Below, piece by piece: positions 1-10,466 of a stretch of 64,000 nt of DNA. The DNA is taken from IMG/VR virus record IMGVR_UViG_2884152688_000003, positions 1-64,000 of that record; one strand, given 5' to 3'. Numbering within the stretch: the stretch's first letter is position 1; each line of letters starts with the position of its first letter. The stretch comes from a virus. Its lineage: Duplodnaviria > Caudoviricetes. Below the pieces are notes generated by a model that had not been told where the DNA came from, searched no databases, and saw only the letters and a program-made list of their open reading frames with translations. The position numbers and the translations under genes are program-made.

Positions 1-799
1 CTCTCATGCCTTTTTCTATTATCCCAATGAATTCAGAGACACTTTTTCTTCCATCATAAATCATATATTCAGGTATTGAATCTTCAATAAACCTGCAACC
101 TGCATCAACTCTAGTATTTCCTCTAAAATAAAGTTTTCTGGCATCCTGTGTCGCAACACCATCTTGTATGTCTCTATCTATAACACCCGTTAAAACACAA
201 TCAAAAATGTCTGAGAATACAGATTCATAGTTCCCCTGCAAGTTTGAGGTTAATATCTGATATCCTTCTGTCCCCTCATTTCCTTTATCTATTACGGTTT
301 TTAGTTTAGTATGTCCAATGACCATTATTCCTATTCCCATTCTATGTATATCGAAGAATAGCTTTTTAATGAGAGAACAGGCTTCTGCTTGTCCTCGCCC
401 AAATCCCCCATATGCTTCATTTATGCTAGAACAAGGTTTTCTACTTTTTCTTTCCCAAGATTCGCAAACTTCTTTTTCCACTATAGGTATAAGTTCATCT
501 ACTGTATCTAAACATATCATTTTAACCTTTTTAGCATCTTCGTCCTCAGAAGTTAGCCAATCCATTAATTCTTTCAAGTCATTCCATTCTTGTATGTGAG
601 ATGAAAATAGGTTGTTTTGTAGACTATCCCCACTTTCCACTCCTGTTCCTAGATATAAAAATTCTCCTGGATTAGGAGCAACACTCTTCCCAACTCTTAT
701 ACAAAGGTCTGTTTTTCCCCACTTTTTAACACCTCTGATATAAATTCTTAATTGTGTTATGTCAACTGCAACTTTCTTAATACTTGGTTTAAACGCCAT
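1..799 (-). CDS. AAA_24/Sak4-like ssDNA-annealing ATPase (runs off window edge)
   Basis: Hand translation from ATG at 799: MAFKPSIKK...RGVKKWGKTD (Walker A), ICLDTVDE (Walker B), YGGFGRG, IGHTK; adjacent to SSB-like gene as in SPbeta yorG/yorF. Confidence 0.8.
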   Translation of the reverse strand, partial: MAFKPSIKKVAVDITQLRIYIRGVKKWGKTDLCIRVGKSVAPNPGEFLYLGTGVESGDSLQNNLFSSHIQEWNDLKELMDWLTSEDEDAKKVKMICLDTVDELIPIVEKEVCESWERKSRKPCSSINEAYGGFGRGQAEACSLIKKLFFDIHRMGIGIMVIGHTKLKTVIDKGNEGTEGYQILTSNLQGNYESVFSDIFDCVLTGVIDRDIQDGVATQDARKLYFRGNTRVDAGCRFIEDSIPEYMIYDGRKSVSEFIGIIEKGMR

Positions 800-827
800 T
801 TAATTCCCCCTTTTTTATTTTAATTTA

Positions 828-1922
828 TTAAAATGGTGTATCTTCACCGAAAATATCACGATCATCAAGTTCTGTTAGGTTAGAAGAATCGCTTTTAATT
901 TCCTCTAAAGTAACTTCTTTCGCCCCCGTTATATCTTCTAATGTAAATACCATTTCTTTCGCACCTTCAGAGTAACCTCTTATATTACTTACGAATTTAT
1001 ACTTTTTAACAAACTCCCCTTTACCAATTCCTTTTTCTTTTTTTAATGCATCAAAAGTTGTAAAACCTATATCTATCAACTCTCTGTCTTGTTTACTTAG
1101 CATATCTTCGGTAAATTCAACTTCTGGAGACCCATTTATAACTTCAACATTCAACCCAACTAAACCAAGATTGTTTGTCTTTGGTGTGTACTTATCTTTT
1201 AATATTTCAAATACTCTATCTGGATTATCACCTAATTCTATCTCAACTGATACATCGCTTGCTTCATACAAATCCTGTCCATTTGGATCTTTTTCTCTTT
1301 TTTTAGTTAATGCTTTTCCTGATAAAATTCCTACATTATCTAACTTAAAGAACGAATCTTTTTCTGTATACATTTTTATGCTTGCAAAAGAAGATTCCCT
1401 CGGAGGTGTTCCATCCTCATTCATTGGTAGTACTTCTATTTTTTTGAAATTATAATTAGCATATGTTTTTTTGATTCCATCTTTAACATAATTGTTGTAA
1501 TCTATAGAACCATTTATCTTAACAATATCATTGTTAGTTATAATCCCATCCTGTATTGCCTTGTAAAGGTCTATCATAAAATCGTATTCAGAAACATATC
1601 TTTGTTCATTTTCCCTTGTAGACAGCTTGCAATGAAGATGACTTAGCTTATCAACTTCTATTTCTTTTCTTTTTGAGAAAGCAATCTTTCTAGCCTCTTT
1701 TTCCTTGTCTACGAAATAAAATACATCCCTTGATTCATCTAACGGTTTGAAGAAAACTTTTTCTAAATTATGAATGTTATATCCACTTTTTAAAGAAAGT
1801 TTCATTTTGATCATTTCGCTTTTTGCTGTTTTCTTTTTTTCGACACTAACTTTATTAGTTAAGATTCTTCCAGTGAACACAAAAGTATTAAAGCTGTCAA
1901 AACTTGTTTTTTTATCTTCCAT
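828..1922 (-). CDS. putative single-stranded DNA-binding protein
   Basis: 364 aa, acidic C-terminal tail ending EDTPF, upstream of Sak4-like gene. Confidence 0.6.
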   Translation of the reverse strand: MEDKKTSFDSFNTFVFTGRILTNKVSVEKKKTAKSEMIKMKLSLKSGYNIHNLEKVFFKPLDESRDVFYFVDKEKEARKIAFSKRKEIEVDKLSHLHCKLSTRENEQRYVSEYDFMIDLYKAIQDGIITNNDIVKINGSIDYNNYVKDGIKKTYANYNFKKIEVLPMNEDGTPPRESSFASIKMYTEKDSFFKLDNVGILSGKALTKKREKDPNGQDLYEASDVSVEIELGDNPDRVFEILKDKYTPKTNNLGLVGLNVEVINGSPEVEFTEDMLSKQDRELIDIGFTTFDALKKEKGIGKGEFVKKYKFVSNIRGYSEGAKEMVFTLEDITGAKEVTLEEIKSDSSNLTELDDRDIFGEDTPF

Positions 1923-2086
1923 TCAATTCTCCTTTTTGTTATTCTATAATAACATAATTTTTTTGTTAAGTTCCAAGATGGACGCAAATATAGATAGTTG
2001 TTTTGTTACTATATGTACATTATATCATAATTGTAATGTTATGTCAATGAATTTAGTTGAAAATGTATAATAAAATTCAACTTTCA

Positions 2087-2290
2087 TTATTGCTTTTTCA
2101 TTTTCATTTTCTTTAAACCCACATCGAAAGCTCTGTCAATTATAATATCTCTCTTTTCTTTGTTTATTTCTCCTGTATGTTTTTCAAGTTCTACTAAGAA
2201 ACCTGTGGTTTGTGCGACCATCATGTACCAGCTTGAAATTAACAAGATTATTGTTATTATATTTAAAATTATTAATAATGTTAAAGCCAT
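2087..2290 (-). CDS. small membrane protein
   Basis: N-terminal hydrophobic helix, RBS upstream. Confidence 0.6.
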   Translation of the reverse strand: MALTLLIILNIITIILLISSWYMMVAQTTGFLVELEKHTGEINKEKRDIIIDRAFDVGLKKMKMKKQ

Positions 2291-2307
2291 TATCTCACCA
2301 CCTTCCG

Positions 2308-2994
2308 TTAATTTCCCACAATCAATTCGTTCGCATATGGCAATGCTCTTATTTCATCCAACAATACACCCCATTCTTTGTCTAATCTGTGGTTCTTTCT
2401 TTGATGATAAATGTTTCTAAGTTCTTGATAATTTGTCACTATTGTTCTGGTCTGTAAAAATGATTCTGGTAACAGTTGTTTCGCCGCCCTTAGATATTTT
2501 GCATCTTTATTGTTTTCAAAATATTCCTGTTTTGCCATATTGATATCATGTGTTACATCTTTTAATGTATCCTTAATGTCCACATATGAACCATCTAAAA
2601 AATAATCTTCAATATAGAAATCATCTAAAGTTATATCTTTATCTTTCTGAAATAATTTATGCATAGTTGAGCAGCTATTCTTTTCAACAAATTTATATGT
2701 ATCAAATTCACTCCACCAATAGCGTGGCATTGTTATGTCCATCCACACTGTTATAAATCTAAGGAATTTACAGTGTTCTGTCCCTGCTTTAATTAATTGC
2801 TGGGCTAACCTTAGATTATCTTCTCCAAAACTAAAATTATAACCTATGATATTCCTACTATCTACATCATATACTGGGTCAAGAGTGCTATCGTCTTTTC
2901 TCCAAGAGTTCATCGGATTACGCATACCTTTTATAGCCGGTTCAAATCCAGCCACTTCTAATGTTTCAGCTTTCATATTATTGTATTGTATCAT
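2308..2994 (-). CDS. ThyX-like (flavin-dependent thymidylate synthase fold) phage protein
   Basis: EHCKFLRFITV, PRYWWSEF, AKQLLPES, NYQELRNIYHQR; canonical RHRxxS motif is divergent. Confidence 0.55.
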   Translation of the reverse strand: MIQYNNMKAETLEVAGFEPAIKGMRNPMNSWRKDDSTLDPVYDVDSRNIIGYNFSFGEDNLRLAQQLIKAGTEHCKFLRFITVWMDITMPRYWWSEFDTYKFVEKNSCSTMHKLFQKDKDITLDDFYIEDYFLDGSYVDIKDTLKDVTHDINMAKQEYFENNKDAKYLRAAKQLLPESFLQTRTIVTNYQELRNIYHQRKNHRLDKEWGVLLDEIRALPYANELIVGN

Positions 2995-3402
2995 TTATAA
3001 TTTCCCTTCCTCTAACAACTTTGTCTTTTCTTCGTCTATATCTTCCTCATGTATAAAACAAATCATTGTTTCCTTTGTCTTTTCATTAACTTCAAAAAAA
3101 GAATACATTTCACATCCAGAAATAGATAACTTATAAGGTCTTATAATCTTGCCATTTTTTAGAACAACTTTTTCTACATCAGTATATTTGTGATTATACT
3201 CTGCTTTTACATTAATTTTCCCATTAATAAGCATTTTATCTTCTAATTGAACTTCTATTGCAGGGACTAATACTCCTAAGCTCCTAGCAAGTCTTGTCCT
3301 TTTAAACATAAATACTCCCTTATAACCATCTATACCAAATATCTTTCCATCTTCTACTTCACTGTTATTCTTAATTACCTCTATCTCTTTTTCTGTATAC
3401 AT
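2995..3402 (-). CDS. hypothetical protein
   Basis: ORF; start moved to ATG at 3402 behind GGAGG. Confidence 0.65.
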   Translation of the reverse strand: MYTEKEIEVIKNNSEVEDGKIFGIDGYKGVFMFKRTRLARSLGVLVPAIEVQLEDKMLINGKINVKAEYNHKYTDVEKVVLKNGKIIRPYKLSISGCEMYSFFEVNEKTKETMICFIHEEDIDEEKTKLLEEGKL

Positions 3403-3413
3403 CTTATACCTCC

Positions 3414-4034
3414 CTAATCTATTGTTCCTACAAAGCGTCCATCCTCTTGTTCTAAAAGCCAAATATCACTATTTTGTACCACTTTCAATTTTTCAATTAA
3501 TTGATTTGTTTCTGCAATAGTCTTTAAATCATATAAGTCTATATCCAATTTTTCAGAAGAAAATGAATCATCAAAAGTATGTCCTATGTCGTCAAAGAAC
3601 ATATCGCCAATATCTATAAGTTGATCTTTCACATATATATCGGTTGAAGCCTCACTCCAGTAATCCGACTCTTCCATATCAGCTTTACTTATTGATAACA
3701 AACCTTGATTCCTATTTACACATTCTGTGTTTAAATATTTCTTGTCAATTTCTGGATACAACTCCATTAGTTTATCAATATCAGATTGTTTGTCTGTGAG
3801 GCCTCCATGGACTATTCTCTTGGAATTTTTAAAATTTGACTTCTCTTTTTTATTATTATGTAGATAATCCAAAGTATCGAGTATAATATCTTGACTACCA
3901 TCTAAATACTTTAGTAATTTTATGCTCTCTATTATGCCTGGGATAGTAAACCCTTCCCAGTGATAATAAATATTACCCATTCTCTTTTTATCTTCTTTAT
4001 TTTCATATATATTAATTACTAATCTCTGTCCCAT
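3414..4034 (-). CDS. hypothetical phage protein
   Basis: 206 aa ORF with RBS; MGQRL...IYYHW N-terminus. Confidence 0.7.
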   Translation of the reverse strand: MGQRLVINIYENKEDKKRMGNIYYHWEGFTIPGIIESIKLLKYLDGSQDIILDTLDYLHNNKKEKSNFKNSKRIVHGGLTDKQSDIDKLMELYPEIDKKYLNTECVNRNQGLLSISKADMEESDYWSEASTDIYVKDQLIDIGDMFFDDIGHTFDDSFSSEKLDIDLYDLKTIAETNQLIEKLKVVQNSDIWLLEQEDGRFVGTID

Positions 4035-4806
4035 TCTTATTCTCCTTAACCCATAAATTTAATTCTACTTCTTTGTTATTAGGAAACCAATTTTGCCATG
4101 GGTCTCTAACAGAAACATTATCATAGTCATAGTAATCTTTACTTTTTTCTTTTAAAGGTGTTAAAATTAGAGGATGTTTAGCTAAACATACAGTTTTATA
4201 TCTGTGATCATTTAGAAGTAACTTTTTAATCTCTTTTATTTTATCTATCTCAACACCATAACTATATAGTACTCTTGTTATATTTTGATTTTCTCTTTTC
4301 ATTTCTAGTAATTTTTCGTTAGACTCTAAAACTTCTTTTATAATTTCAGTTTGTTCATATCCCTTTAATGTTTTAATCATATACAGTGTATCTAGTTCCG
4401 AAGCTTTAGTAATACTGTTTGATAATCTTACCTCGTCACCTTCAATAATTTCGACATCCAATGTTTCATTATGAAAAACATCAATTGAAATACTTCTATA
4501 TATCTCTTCTTTATCATTATATGAACAGTCTAAATATGTAGGAACATCCCTTTTTATATTTTCATTAAATATTTTTATGGTTTCATTTTTAGAGAGTTTC
4601 CCTCTAAGGTATTTAATCATTAATCCATGTAGTGCATGAATATCTATTAATGAATTTTTATAAATAAATCTCCCATAATCATCATGTTCTCTTAATATCA
4701 ATGGGTTTTGCAAACTTAATATTTTTGCAAAGTTTTTATCTAGTGGCATTTTACAACTTTTCTTTAATTGTCTTCCGTTTGTTAGCAAAAAATTAAAACA
4801 TCCCAT
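4012..4806 (-). CDS. hypothetical protein
   Basis: 264 aa ORF, coupled to neighbours. Confidence 0.7.
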   Translation of the reverse strand: MGCFNFLLTNGRQLKKSCKMPLDKNFAKILSLQNPLILREHDDYGRFIYKNSLIDIHALHGLMIKYLRGKLSKNETIKIFNENIKRDVPTYLDCSYNDKEEIYRSISIDVFHNETLDVEIIEGDEVRLSNSITKASELDTLYMIKTLKGYEQTEIIKEVLESNEKLLEMKRENQNITRVLYSYGVEIDKIKEIKKLLLNDHRYKTVCLAKHPLILTPLKEKSKDYYDYDNVSVRDPWQNWFPNNKEVELNLWVKENKNGTEISN

Positions 4807-5226
4807 TTAAATTGTCTCATCTATATTTATCTTAATTTCTTTTTTCCAATCCAACATTTCCTTTGGATCCATCTTGTAACATTCAAATTTTATTTTTGTT
4901 ATCTCTTCTATTTTCTCAATATTCTCTTTTATTCTTTCGATATTCAAGAAATCTTCTAACTCATATTCCTTTATATGATTTTCTATATAAGAAATATAAT
5001 CTTCTTTATTTTCCACTTCTAGCTTTAATATTTCTGAAATCAGAACATCACATTCATTTTTTAAGTGCTGAAGATTAAAAATATATTCTGGCAGCCTATC
5101 AAATAATAATGCTTGTTCTTTTTCTTCTGCATACGTCCATTCTTTTTTGAACGTTAAATTCATATTTGACATAATTTCACATCTTTCATCTCTTATTGCT
5201 TCAATTATTGTTTGTCTTAAATTCAT
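4807..5226 (-). CDS. hypothetical protein whose last 20 aa are identical to those of the 53325..54209 protein
   Basis: ORF with AAGGAG RBS before ATG 5226; ends DPKEMLDWKKEIKINIDETI. Confidence 0.7.
   Translation of the reverse strand: MNLRQTIIEAIRDERCEIMSNMNLTFKKEWTYAEEKEQALLFDRLPEYIFNLQHLKNECDVLISEILKLEVENKEDYISYIENHIKEYELEDFLNIERIKENIEKIEEITKIKFECYKMDPKEMLDWKKEIKINIDETI
4808..4879 (-). repeat. 72-bp inverted copy of 54137..54208
   Basis: 71/72 identical by direct comparison. Confidence 0.95.
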
Positions 5227-5239
5227 ATATTCTCCTTTA

Positions 5240-5554
5240 TTATTTATTTTGATTTTCAATCATATGATTCATAATCTTGCATCTCAAATCTAAAGGAAAC
5301 TCTTTTAGATTAATAGTTGTTGTAAGGTTATGTTTTTTATCAAACTCCATCATACCTTCTGCTAATTTAAATGCCAATGTATTCTCTCTCACTTCAATTT
5401 CATCGACTCTATTATTGGCATGGTAACACTTTTCGCCTAAACTAGCTATCTTTTCCAATAATAACTGGATTTCAAGTCTTCTAAACTTATCGTCCCCAGA
5501 TATTTCAAATTCTTCGTTTTCTATATCTTCTTGTACATCTCTTGTTAAACCCAT
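5240..5554 (-). CDS. hypothetical protein
   Basis: ORF with AAGGAG RBS. Confidence 0.7.
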   Translation of the reverse strand: MGLTRDVQEDIENEEFEISGDDKFRRLEIQLLLEKIASLGEKCYHANNRVDEIEVRENTLAFKLAEGMMEFDKKHNLTTTINLKEFPLDLRCKIMNHMIENQNK

Positions 5555-5660
5555 ATATTCTCCTTTATTTTATTAATTATTTTGCTTTTTACTTGTTTTA
5601 TTAAGTTTATATCGAATTAAATTTTATTTATTTAAGTGTACTCACAATAAAACATCTCTT

Positions 5661-6305
5661 TTATTGCACTATATGTTCACTCATTTTTCCACCTTTAAAT
5701 CGAACATATTTTTTTATTTCATTTCCATTTCTTATCACAAATCCTTCCACGTGTCTATCCTTAGTCTTTATATATTCGCTGTATATTTCGTCTAATTCTG
5801 ATAAACATGGATAATTTTCTAATTGTGCTACAATAGGAACAACTTCCATAAAGTTTGGTATCTCTTGATTTATAAAAACATATTTGATTAAGCCTAAATC
5901 ATAATTTAATTTCGAAATCTCATATTCTTCATTTATATTTGCTTTTGCAAAAGGATTAAATCTACAGAATTCTTTTCCATATTTAATTCTTCCCATGGCT
6001 ATCCATTCTCCAAATACGCAACTCTTTTCATTTATATTATTTCTAAGTTCTTCACCATGTTCTTGCAACCATTCATAAAGACCTTTGTATAATTCTTTAT
6101 ATAAATCTTCGTGTTGTTCCAATCTATCTATGTTATAAATTCTATTTCTTGTAGCAATATGTAATTCTCCATCTAATTTGAAAAACCCTAAGTTAGAACC
6201 ATCTAATTTTTCTGTTAGAACTATTCCTTTACTTGTTCCTACTCTTTGTGTTTTTGGGTATAAGGACTTCTTTACCCAACCTTTATCTTTTATGTCTTCT
6301 CTCAT
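5661..6305 (-). CDS. RNA ligase family protein
   Basis: Nucleotidyltransferase motifs EKLDGSN (I), VFGEW (III), EGFVIR (IV). Confidence 0.8.
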   Translation of the reverse strand: MREDIKDKGWVKKSLYPKTQRVGTSKGIVLTEKLDGSNLGFFKLDGELHIATRNRIYNIDRLEQHEDLYKELYKGLYEWLQEHGEELRNNINEKSCVFGEWIAMGRIKYGKEFCRFNPFAKANINEEYEISKLNYDLGLIKYVFINQEIPNFMEVVPIVAQLENYPCLSELDEIYSEYIKTKDRHVEGFVIRNGNEIKKYVRFKGGKMSEHIVQ

Positions 6306-6312
6306 TGTTCCC

Positions 6313-6903
6313 CTATACTTTCTCTATATCTTCTTTAAATACAAGCATTGCACCATATGTACTTTTAAATTCAATTGTGTAACATTCTGTGTTCATCTCA
6401 ATATAAGCTTTTGTGATAACTGCTGTCTCACCATATTCACGAATCTTTTCATTGATTAATTTTACTTTATCACCTTTTTTGAATTTCATTCTGTTAATTA
6501 TTCGATTAATTCTTTCGTTTTCAATTTCCAAATATTCAGCTACTTCTTCTAAACTTTTAAAGTATCTTCCACCATTTCTGTTAACCATTTCTCCCACTTG
6601 ATTTAATGATCTGTATTTCCCTTTAGTCCAACCATTACCAGTGTTGCCTAATAGGCAAAAAATTGTTTTCTCAGGTTTTTTGTTACTATCATCTATAACT
6701 TCTGCTATAGAATAAACACCTGTCATTTCTGGTGTGATTACATACAAACAAAAATCACAAATTTCTCTTTGTTCCCTCTCTTCTTCCATACACTCCTCTG
6801 TCCAGTCACCTACAACTGGATTAAAGTAATTAATTGTAAGCATTGGCATTAAATCATCTCTCCATGTACTATTATTGCAAGTACCACCTAAGAATACTTT
6901 CAT
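6313..6903 (-). CDS. nucleoside 2-deoxyribosyltransferase-like protein with C-terminal SH3-like extension
   Basis: VFLGGTC..STWR, YFNP, GVYSIAEV; tail FKKGDKVK. Confidence 0.75.
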   Translation of the reverse strand: MKVFLGGTCNNSTWRDDLMPMLTINYFNPVVGDWTEECMEEEREQREICDFCLYVITPEMTGVYSIAEVIDDSNKKPEKTIFCLLGNTGNGWTKGKYRSLNQVGEMVNRNGGRYFKSLEEVAEYLEIENERINRIINRMKFKKGDKVKLINEKIREYGETAVITKAYIEMNTECYTIEFKSTYGAMLVFKEDIEKV

Positions 6904-6906
6904 ATA

Positions 6907-7122
6907 TTACTCCTTTGTCTTATTATTAAAATATATATTCTTTTTAGTCTTTTCTATAAATTCCTCTGATTTTTTAATATTTTTCTCAAAATCTTCATTA
7001 AAAATCTTTTTATTATCTTTTTTAAAATCTTTGATTGCCCATATCATTATTCCAACCATAATTATAAATACTATAAATTGAAAGACTATCCACATTAATG
7101 CCACTATCCCTAATTGTTCCAT
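6907..7122 (-). CDS. small membrane protein
   Basis: ORF, one TM helix. Confidence 0.6.
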   Translation of the reverse strand: MEQLGIVALMWIVFQFIVFIIMVGIMIWAIKDFKKDNKKIFNEDFEKNIKKSEEFIEKTKKNIYFNNKTKE

Positions 7123-7132
7123 TTATTTCTCC

Positions 7133-7366
7133 TTACATAAATTTATTTGTTATTAAATTCATTACTTCTGGTAATAGTTGCTCATCTATTGACTCTTCTT
7201 GGAATAGGCTTTGTAATGTATACTTAAATCGTTTACCACATTCTATTAAATTTTCTTCACTTAGATAAACTTCTTTTCGTAAACTTTCAGTTTTCGTTGT
7301 GGCTATTTTGTAAACATTATATTTTCTTCCACCAATTCTTATCTCAGTTATTTTGACATTTTCCAT
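7133..7366 (-). CDS. hypothetical protein
   Basis: ORF in operon. Confidence 0.6.
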   Translation of the reverse strand: MENVKITEIRIGGRKYNVYKIATTKTESLRKEVYLSEENLIECGKRFKYTLQSLFQEESIDEQLLPEVMNLITNKFM

Positions 7367-7570
7367 TTACTTCTCCCTAGATTTCTCAAGTTCTTTTTTT
7401 ATACTTTTCTCTAATTTACTATAATTATCATCTATACATTCCCCTAACATCTTTATACGTTTGTCTAAACATTCAAGCATGATACCAACACTATATCTAA
7501 GTATTAAAATAGATATTATTTGGGTCGTTAAGACAAAGATAAATATTGATAATTTTATAAACACTTCCAT
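7367..7570 (-). CDS. small membrane protein
   Basis: ORF, one TM helix. Confidence 0.6.
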   Translation of the reverse strand: MEVFIKLSIFIFVLTTQIISILILRYSVGIMLECLDKRIKMLGECIDDNYSKLEKSIKKELEKSREK

Positions 7571-7938
7571 TAAGAACTCACTCCAAATTCTCCAATTTTG
7601 TCATTTACTCTAATTAAACAGGGTTCTTCCATTGTATTCTGAATTAATATTGAAACTTCTTCATATGGATAAATATTTAAGTTGGATATTTTAATTGGAC
7701 TAACCGAACATCCTTTAAGCTTAGAACTCACCCAGTGCCCTTCTCCAAAATCTAATATATGTCCTGTTCCACATATTATCGCTTCTAGTGGCTTTAGAAT
7801 ATAATGGTTATCTTTTAAATCAACTATCCTCCCTTTTTTATTTATAATTTTAAATTTTTTTACAAATAAGTCATTCCAACTCTCTGTTTCTTTTTCTTTT
7901 TTTGGAAATGTTGCTATATCTTTTATTTTTTTTATCAT
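7570..7938 (-). CDS. degenerate dUTPase-fold protein (tentative)
   Basis: YILKPLE..ICGTG and EVSILIQN...IRVNDKIG resemble dUTPase but catalytic motifs are absent. Confidence 0.35.
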   Translation of the reverse strand: MIKKIKDIATFPKKEKETESWNDLFVKKFKIINKKGRIVDLKDNHYILKPLEAIICGTGHILDFGEGHWVSSKLKGCSVSPIKISNLNIYPYEEVSILIQNTMEEPCLIRVNDKIGEFGVSS

Positions 7939-7992
7939 AATTTACCTCTTTCTATTTATTATTCTATTCTTCTACTCAATAAAAGAGTGATT

Positions 7993-8298
7993 TTAACCAA
8001 CTTCTACTTCTTGCCAAAAGGACATTTTAGCAGCCCCTTCAATTAATTCGTCTAACTCTTTTATTTTTTCTTCCGTTTCTTCACAAAAATAATCTGCTAA
8101 AACATATAATTTTAAAACATCTGTAGCAAGAGAAAAACTTCTACCCGATAGTCTTGGATTTGGTGCTGTTCTTATCATCTCTTTTACTGCTTCTCTATCT
8201 ATTACACCATTTTTTATTTTTCCGTCATCTTTCAGTTTTAATAAAATCTGAGCCACTCTATAATCTGGATTAGTCATTATTACTATGTTTTTATCCAT
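7993..8298 (-). CDS. hypothetical protein
   Basis: ORF with RBS. Confidence 0.65.
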   Translation of the reverse strand: MDKNIVIMTNPDYRVAQILLKLKDDGKIKNGVIDREAVKEMIRTAPNPRLSGRSFSLATDVLKLYVLADYFCEETEEKIKELDELIEGAAKMSFWQEVEVG

Positions 8299-8641
8299 TG
8301 ATCTTTCCCCTCAATAATTCTTCAACTTTTCTAATTTCTTCTAAATACTGACTCTTTAATTTATCTAAATATTCTTCTTTTGTGTAAATAGAAAGTCTAT
8401 ACTCTATGGGTTCATCCCAATCACCATCAGACTCTAATGTAATGGTATTTATATTACCTTTAATGAACTCGAATATCTCCCCTTTTTCTTCTAGCGCCTC
8501 ATTTTCATCTATGTTGATCCAATCACATATCACTTCTCTTCTGTTATCTTCACAATCACTTATTTTCTCTTTACCATAATTCTCTTCAAAGCTCCCGCCT
8601 CTATATTTATTTTCAATCACCAATATTTTTTTGTTCTTCAT
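8291..8641 (-). CDS. hypothetical acidic protein
   Basis: Start at ATG 8641 behind AAGGAG. Confidence 0.65.
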   Translation of the reverse strand: MKNKKILVIENKYRGGSFEENYGKEKISDCEDNRREVICDWINIDENEALEEKGEIFEFIKGNINTITLESDGDWDEPIEYRLSIYTKEEYLDKLKSQYLEEIRKVEELLRGKING

Positions 8642-8676
8642 ATCATTCTCCTTATCACAATCACTTAATGAGTTTA

Positions 8677-9198
8677 TTAGATGGAAAAAGACGCTATTAT
8701 TATAATTATTGTTATATATATCAACCATAGTAGGGATTTTTGAGCCTTGTTATATTCATTGTTTTTATCACTATTAACCTTACCATTATATTTTATGCAT
8801 TCTAGCATGTTCTCCATATCTACCTTATACATTTTTTTCACTAACTCAAGGTTTTCTTCTCCATGTATTTTTTCTAATTCTTTATATTTTTCATAAACTC
8901 CCTTTGTTTGAATTTGTATATATTTTTCTCCTTTTAAGAATTTGTGTGTTTTGAAAATATAGTTTAAAAAAAATATTAAAAACAAAGTAATCACTATTGA
9001 ATGTAATGGCAACTGATAAATATCAATTATTATATTAAGTCCTCCAAATCTTTGTATTATATTTTCAATAATGAAATTAATAATTATTGAAATACCTAAA
9101 AGAATGATAATATGACTTTGTTTCTTTTTTATCAAGTCATTTCTTTTTTCTTCTTCTTTTTTATAAAATTTTTCAATTAAATTATGCAATTCATTCAT
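8677..9198 (-). CDS. membrane protein, paralog of 9731..10216
   Basis: MNELH...MLECIKYNGKVN; three hydrophobic segments. Confidence 0.7.
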   Translation of the reverse strand: MNELHNLIEKFYKKEEEKRNDLIKKKQSHIIILLGISIIINFIIENIIQRFGGLNIIIDIYQLPLHSIVITLFLIFFLNYIFKTHKFLKGEKYIQIQTKGVYEKYKELEKIHGEENLELVKKMYKVDMENMLECIKYNGKVNSDKNNEYNKAQKSLLWLIYITIIIIIASFSI

Positions 9199-9223
9199 AT
9201 ATTAATCTCCCACTCCTATATTT

Positions 9224-9658
9224 CTACTCCTTTTCACAAATATCATATATTTTTATACTATCTAAGACTAAAGGTATAGTGGCTGCGTAGCCATACAAAA
9301 GACCGACATAGTAATATGTACTTGTATATTTAATAGATATAAAACTTATTAATATTGCTACTATGGAACTTACAAAAAATAACCTTATCCAGTAAAATCT
9401 TTTATAATATTCTTTCAAATAGTCATTTCTTTTTAACCTTGCAACTCTTGGTTTATCTGAATTGCATTTGAGTCTATCCTCATTTTTGTTTAAAGTCCAA
9501 AGTCCAAATATATATGCTATTATTAATACGATTCTTTCAAATGTTTCTATATTTCTAAACTCATCTTCTCTGAAATATGCAAGAACCATAAATAATAATG
9601 AACCAATTATAAAAGGGTGATATATCCTAATCTTTCTCTTAAACTCTTTTATGTTCAC
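9224..9658 (-). CDS. membrane protein
   Basis: Four hydrophobic segments. Confidence 0.65.
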   Translation of the reverse strand: MNIKEFKRKIRIYHPFIIGSLLFMVLAYFREDEFRNIETFERIVLIIAYIFGLWTLNKNEDRLKCNSDKPRVARLKRNDYLKEYYKRFYWIRLFFVSSIVAILISFISIKYTSTYYYVGLLYGYAATIPLVLDSIKIYDICEKE

Positions 9659-9730
9659 TATTTGTAACCAACTCCTTATTCCACTTTATTTTTTCTTTAT
9701 TTTTTTACCTCAATAAAATATTGTTTTTAA

Positions 9731-10216
9731 CTAAATTAATAAATACACTGTCATAAATATAGCCGCACCTATCAACAATAGCAATGCTTCTTGCACTTCA
9801 TTGTATTTGTTATTTTTCATATCATTTATCTTAGCGTTACACTCTATACACTCCAGCATATCATTTATATTTGTTTCACACATATCTTTTGTTGTCTTGA
9901 CTATATCTAGCTCATTGTACTTTTCTAATTCCTTATAATATCTATTATAGTCGCCACTGTTTATTTGCTTGTATGGATTCTTTCCCATAAAATCTACTGC
10001 GTTAAATCCATAGTTCAAAAAAAATGCGAGTTGTATTATCCCAAACAAAAAAACATTGTTACTATATTTAGAAATAATTTCTTTGAAGAAAATATAAGAA
10101 AGCACTGTCACTACCAACAAGATAATAATATTAATCTGCTTGTTTTTAATTAACTCTTTTCTCTTTTCATCCTCCTCAATATATAAATTATGGACTATTC
10201 TATACAATTCGTTCAT
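9731..10216 (-). CDS. membrane protein, paralog of 8677..9198
   Basis: MNELY...MLECIECNAKIN. Confidence 0.7.
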   Translation of the reverse strand: MNELYRIVHNLYIEEDEKRKELIKNKQINIIILLVVTVLSYIFFKEIISKYSNNVFLFGIIQLAFFLNYGFNAVDFMGKNPYKQINSGDYNRYYKELEKYNELDIVKTTKDMCETNINDMLECIECNAKINDMKNNKYNEVQEALLLLIGAAIFMTVYLLI

Positions 10217-10227
10217 TTTATGCTCCC

Positions 10228-10464
10228 TTACTCATCTATTAACTCAAATCTATATTTTTGTTCTGAATTAGGATATTTCTCTTTATCTACTTCTGACACA
10301 AACATATCGTATGGTCTTACATACCAGCCATAATCACCGTATAAGGCTTGATATACTACAAGTGTTTCACCGGTTTCTGTATGTTCAGCTACTGTTAAAA
10401 CCCTATATTCCTTGTTCTTAAAATGCTTGTAAATTCCACCTTGTTTTATTATTCTCTTAGTCAT
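10228..10464 (-). CDS. DUF1653 domain protein
   Basis: YKHFK..Y.V...[16 protein letters not shown]...VRPYDMF. Confidence 0.9.
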   Translation of the reverse strand: MTKRIIKQGGIYKHFKNKEYRVLTVAEHTETGETLVVYQALYGDYGWYVRPYDMFVSEVDKEKYPNSEQKYRFELIDE

Positions 10465-10466
10465 AA

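Noticed and set aside
4808-4879. Diversity-generating retroelement TR/VR pair or antisense regulation
   Set aside because: Only one difference, no reverse transcriptase in the window, and both copies are sense within their own transcripts
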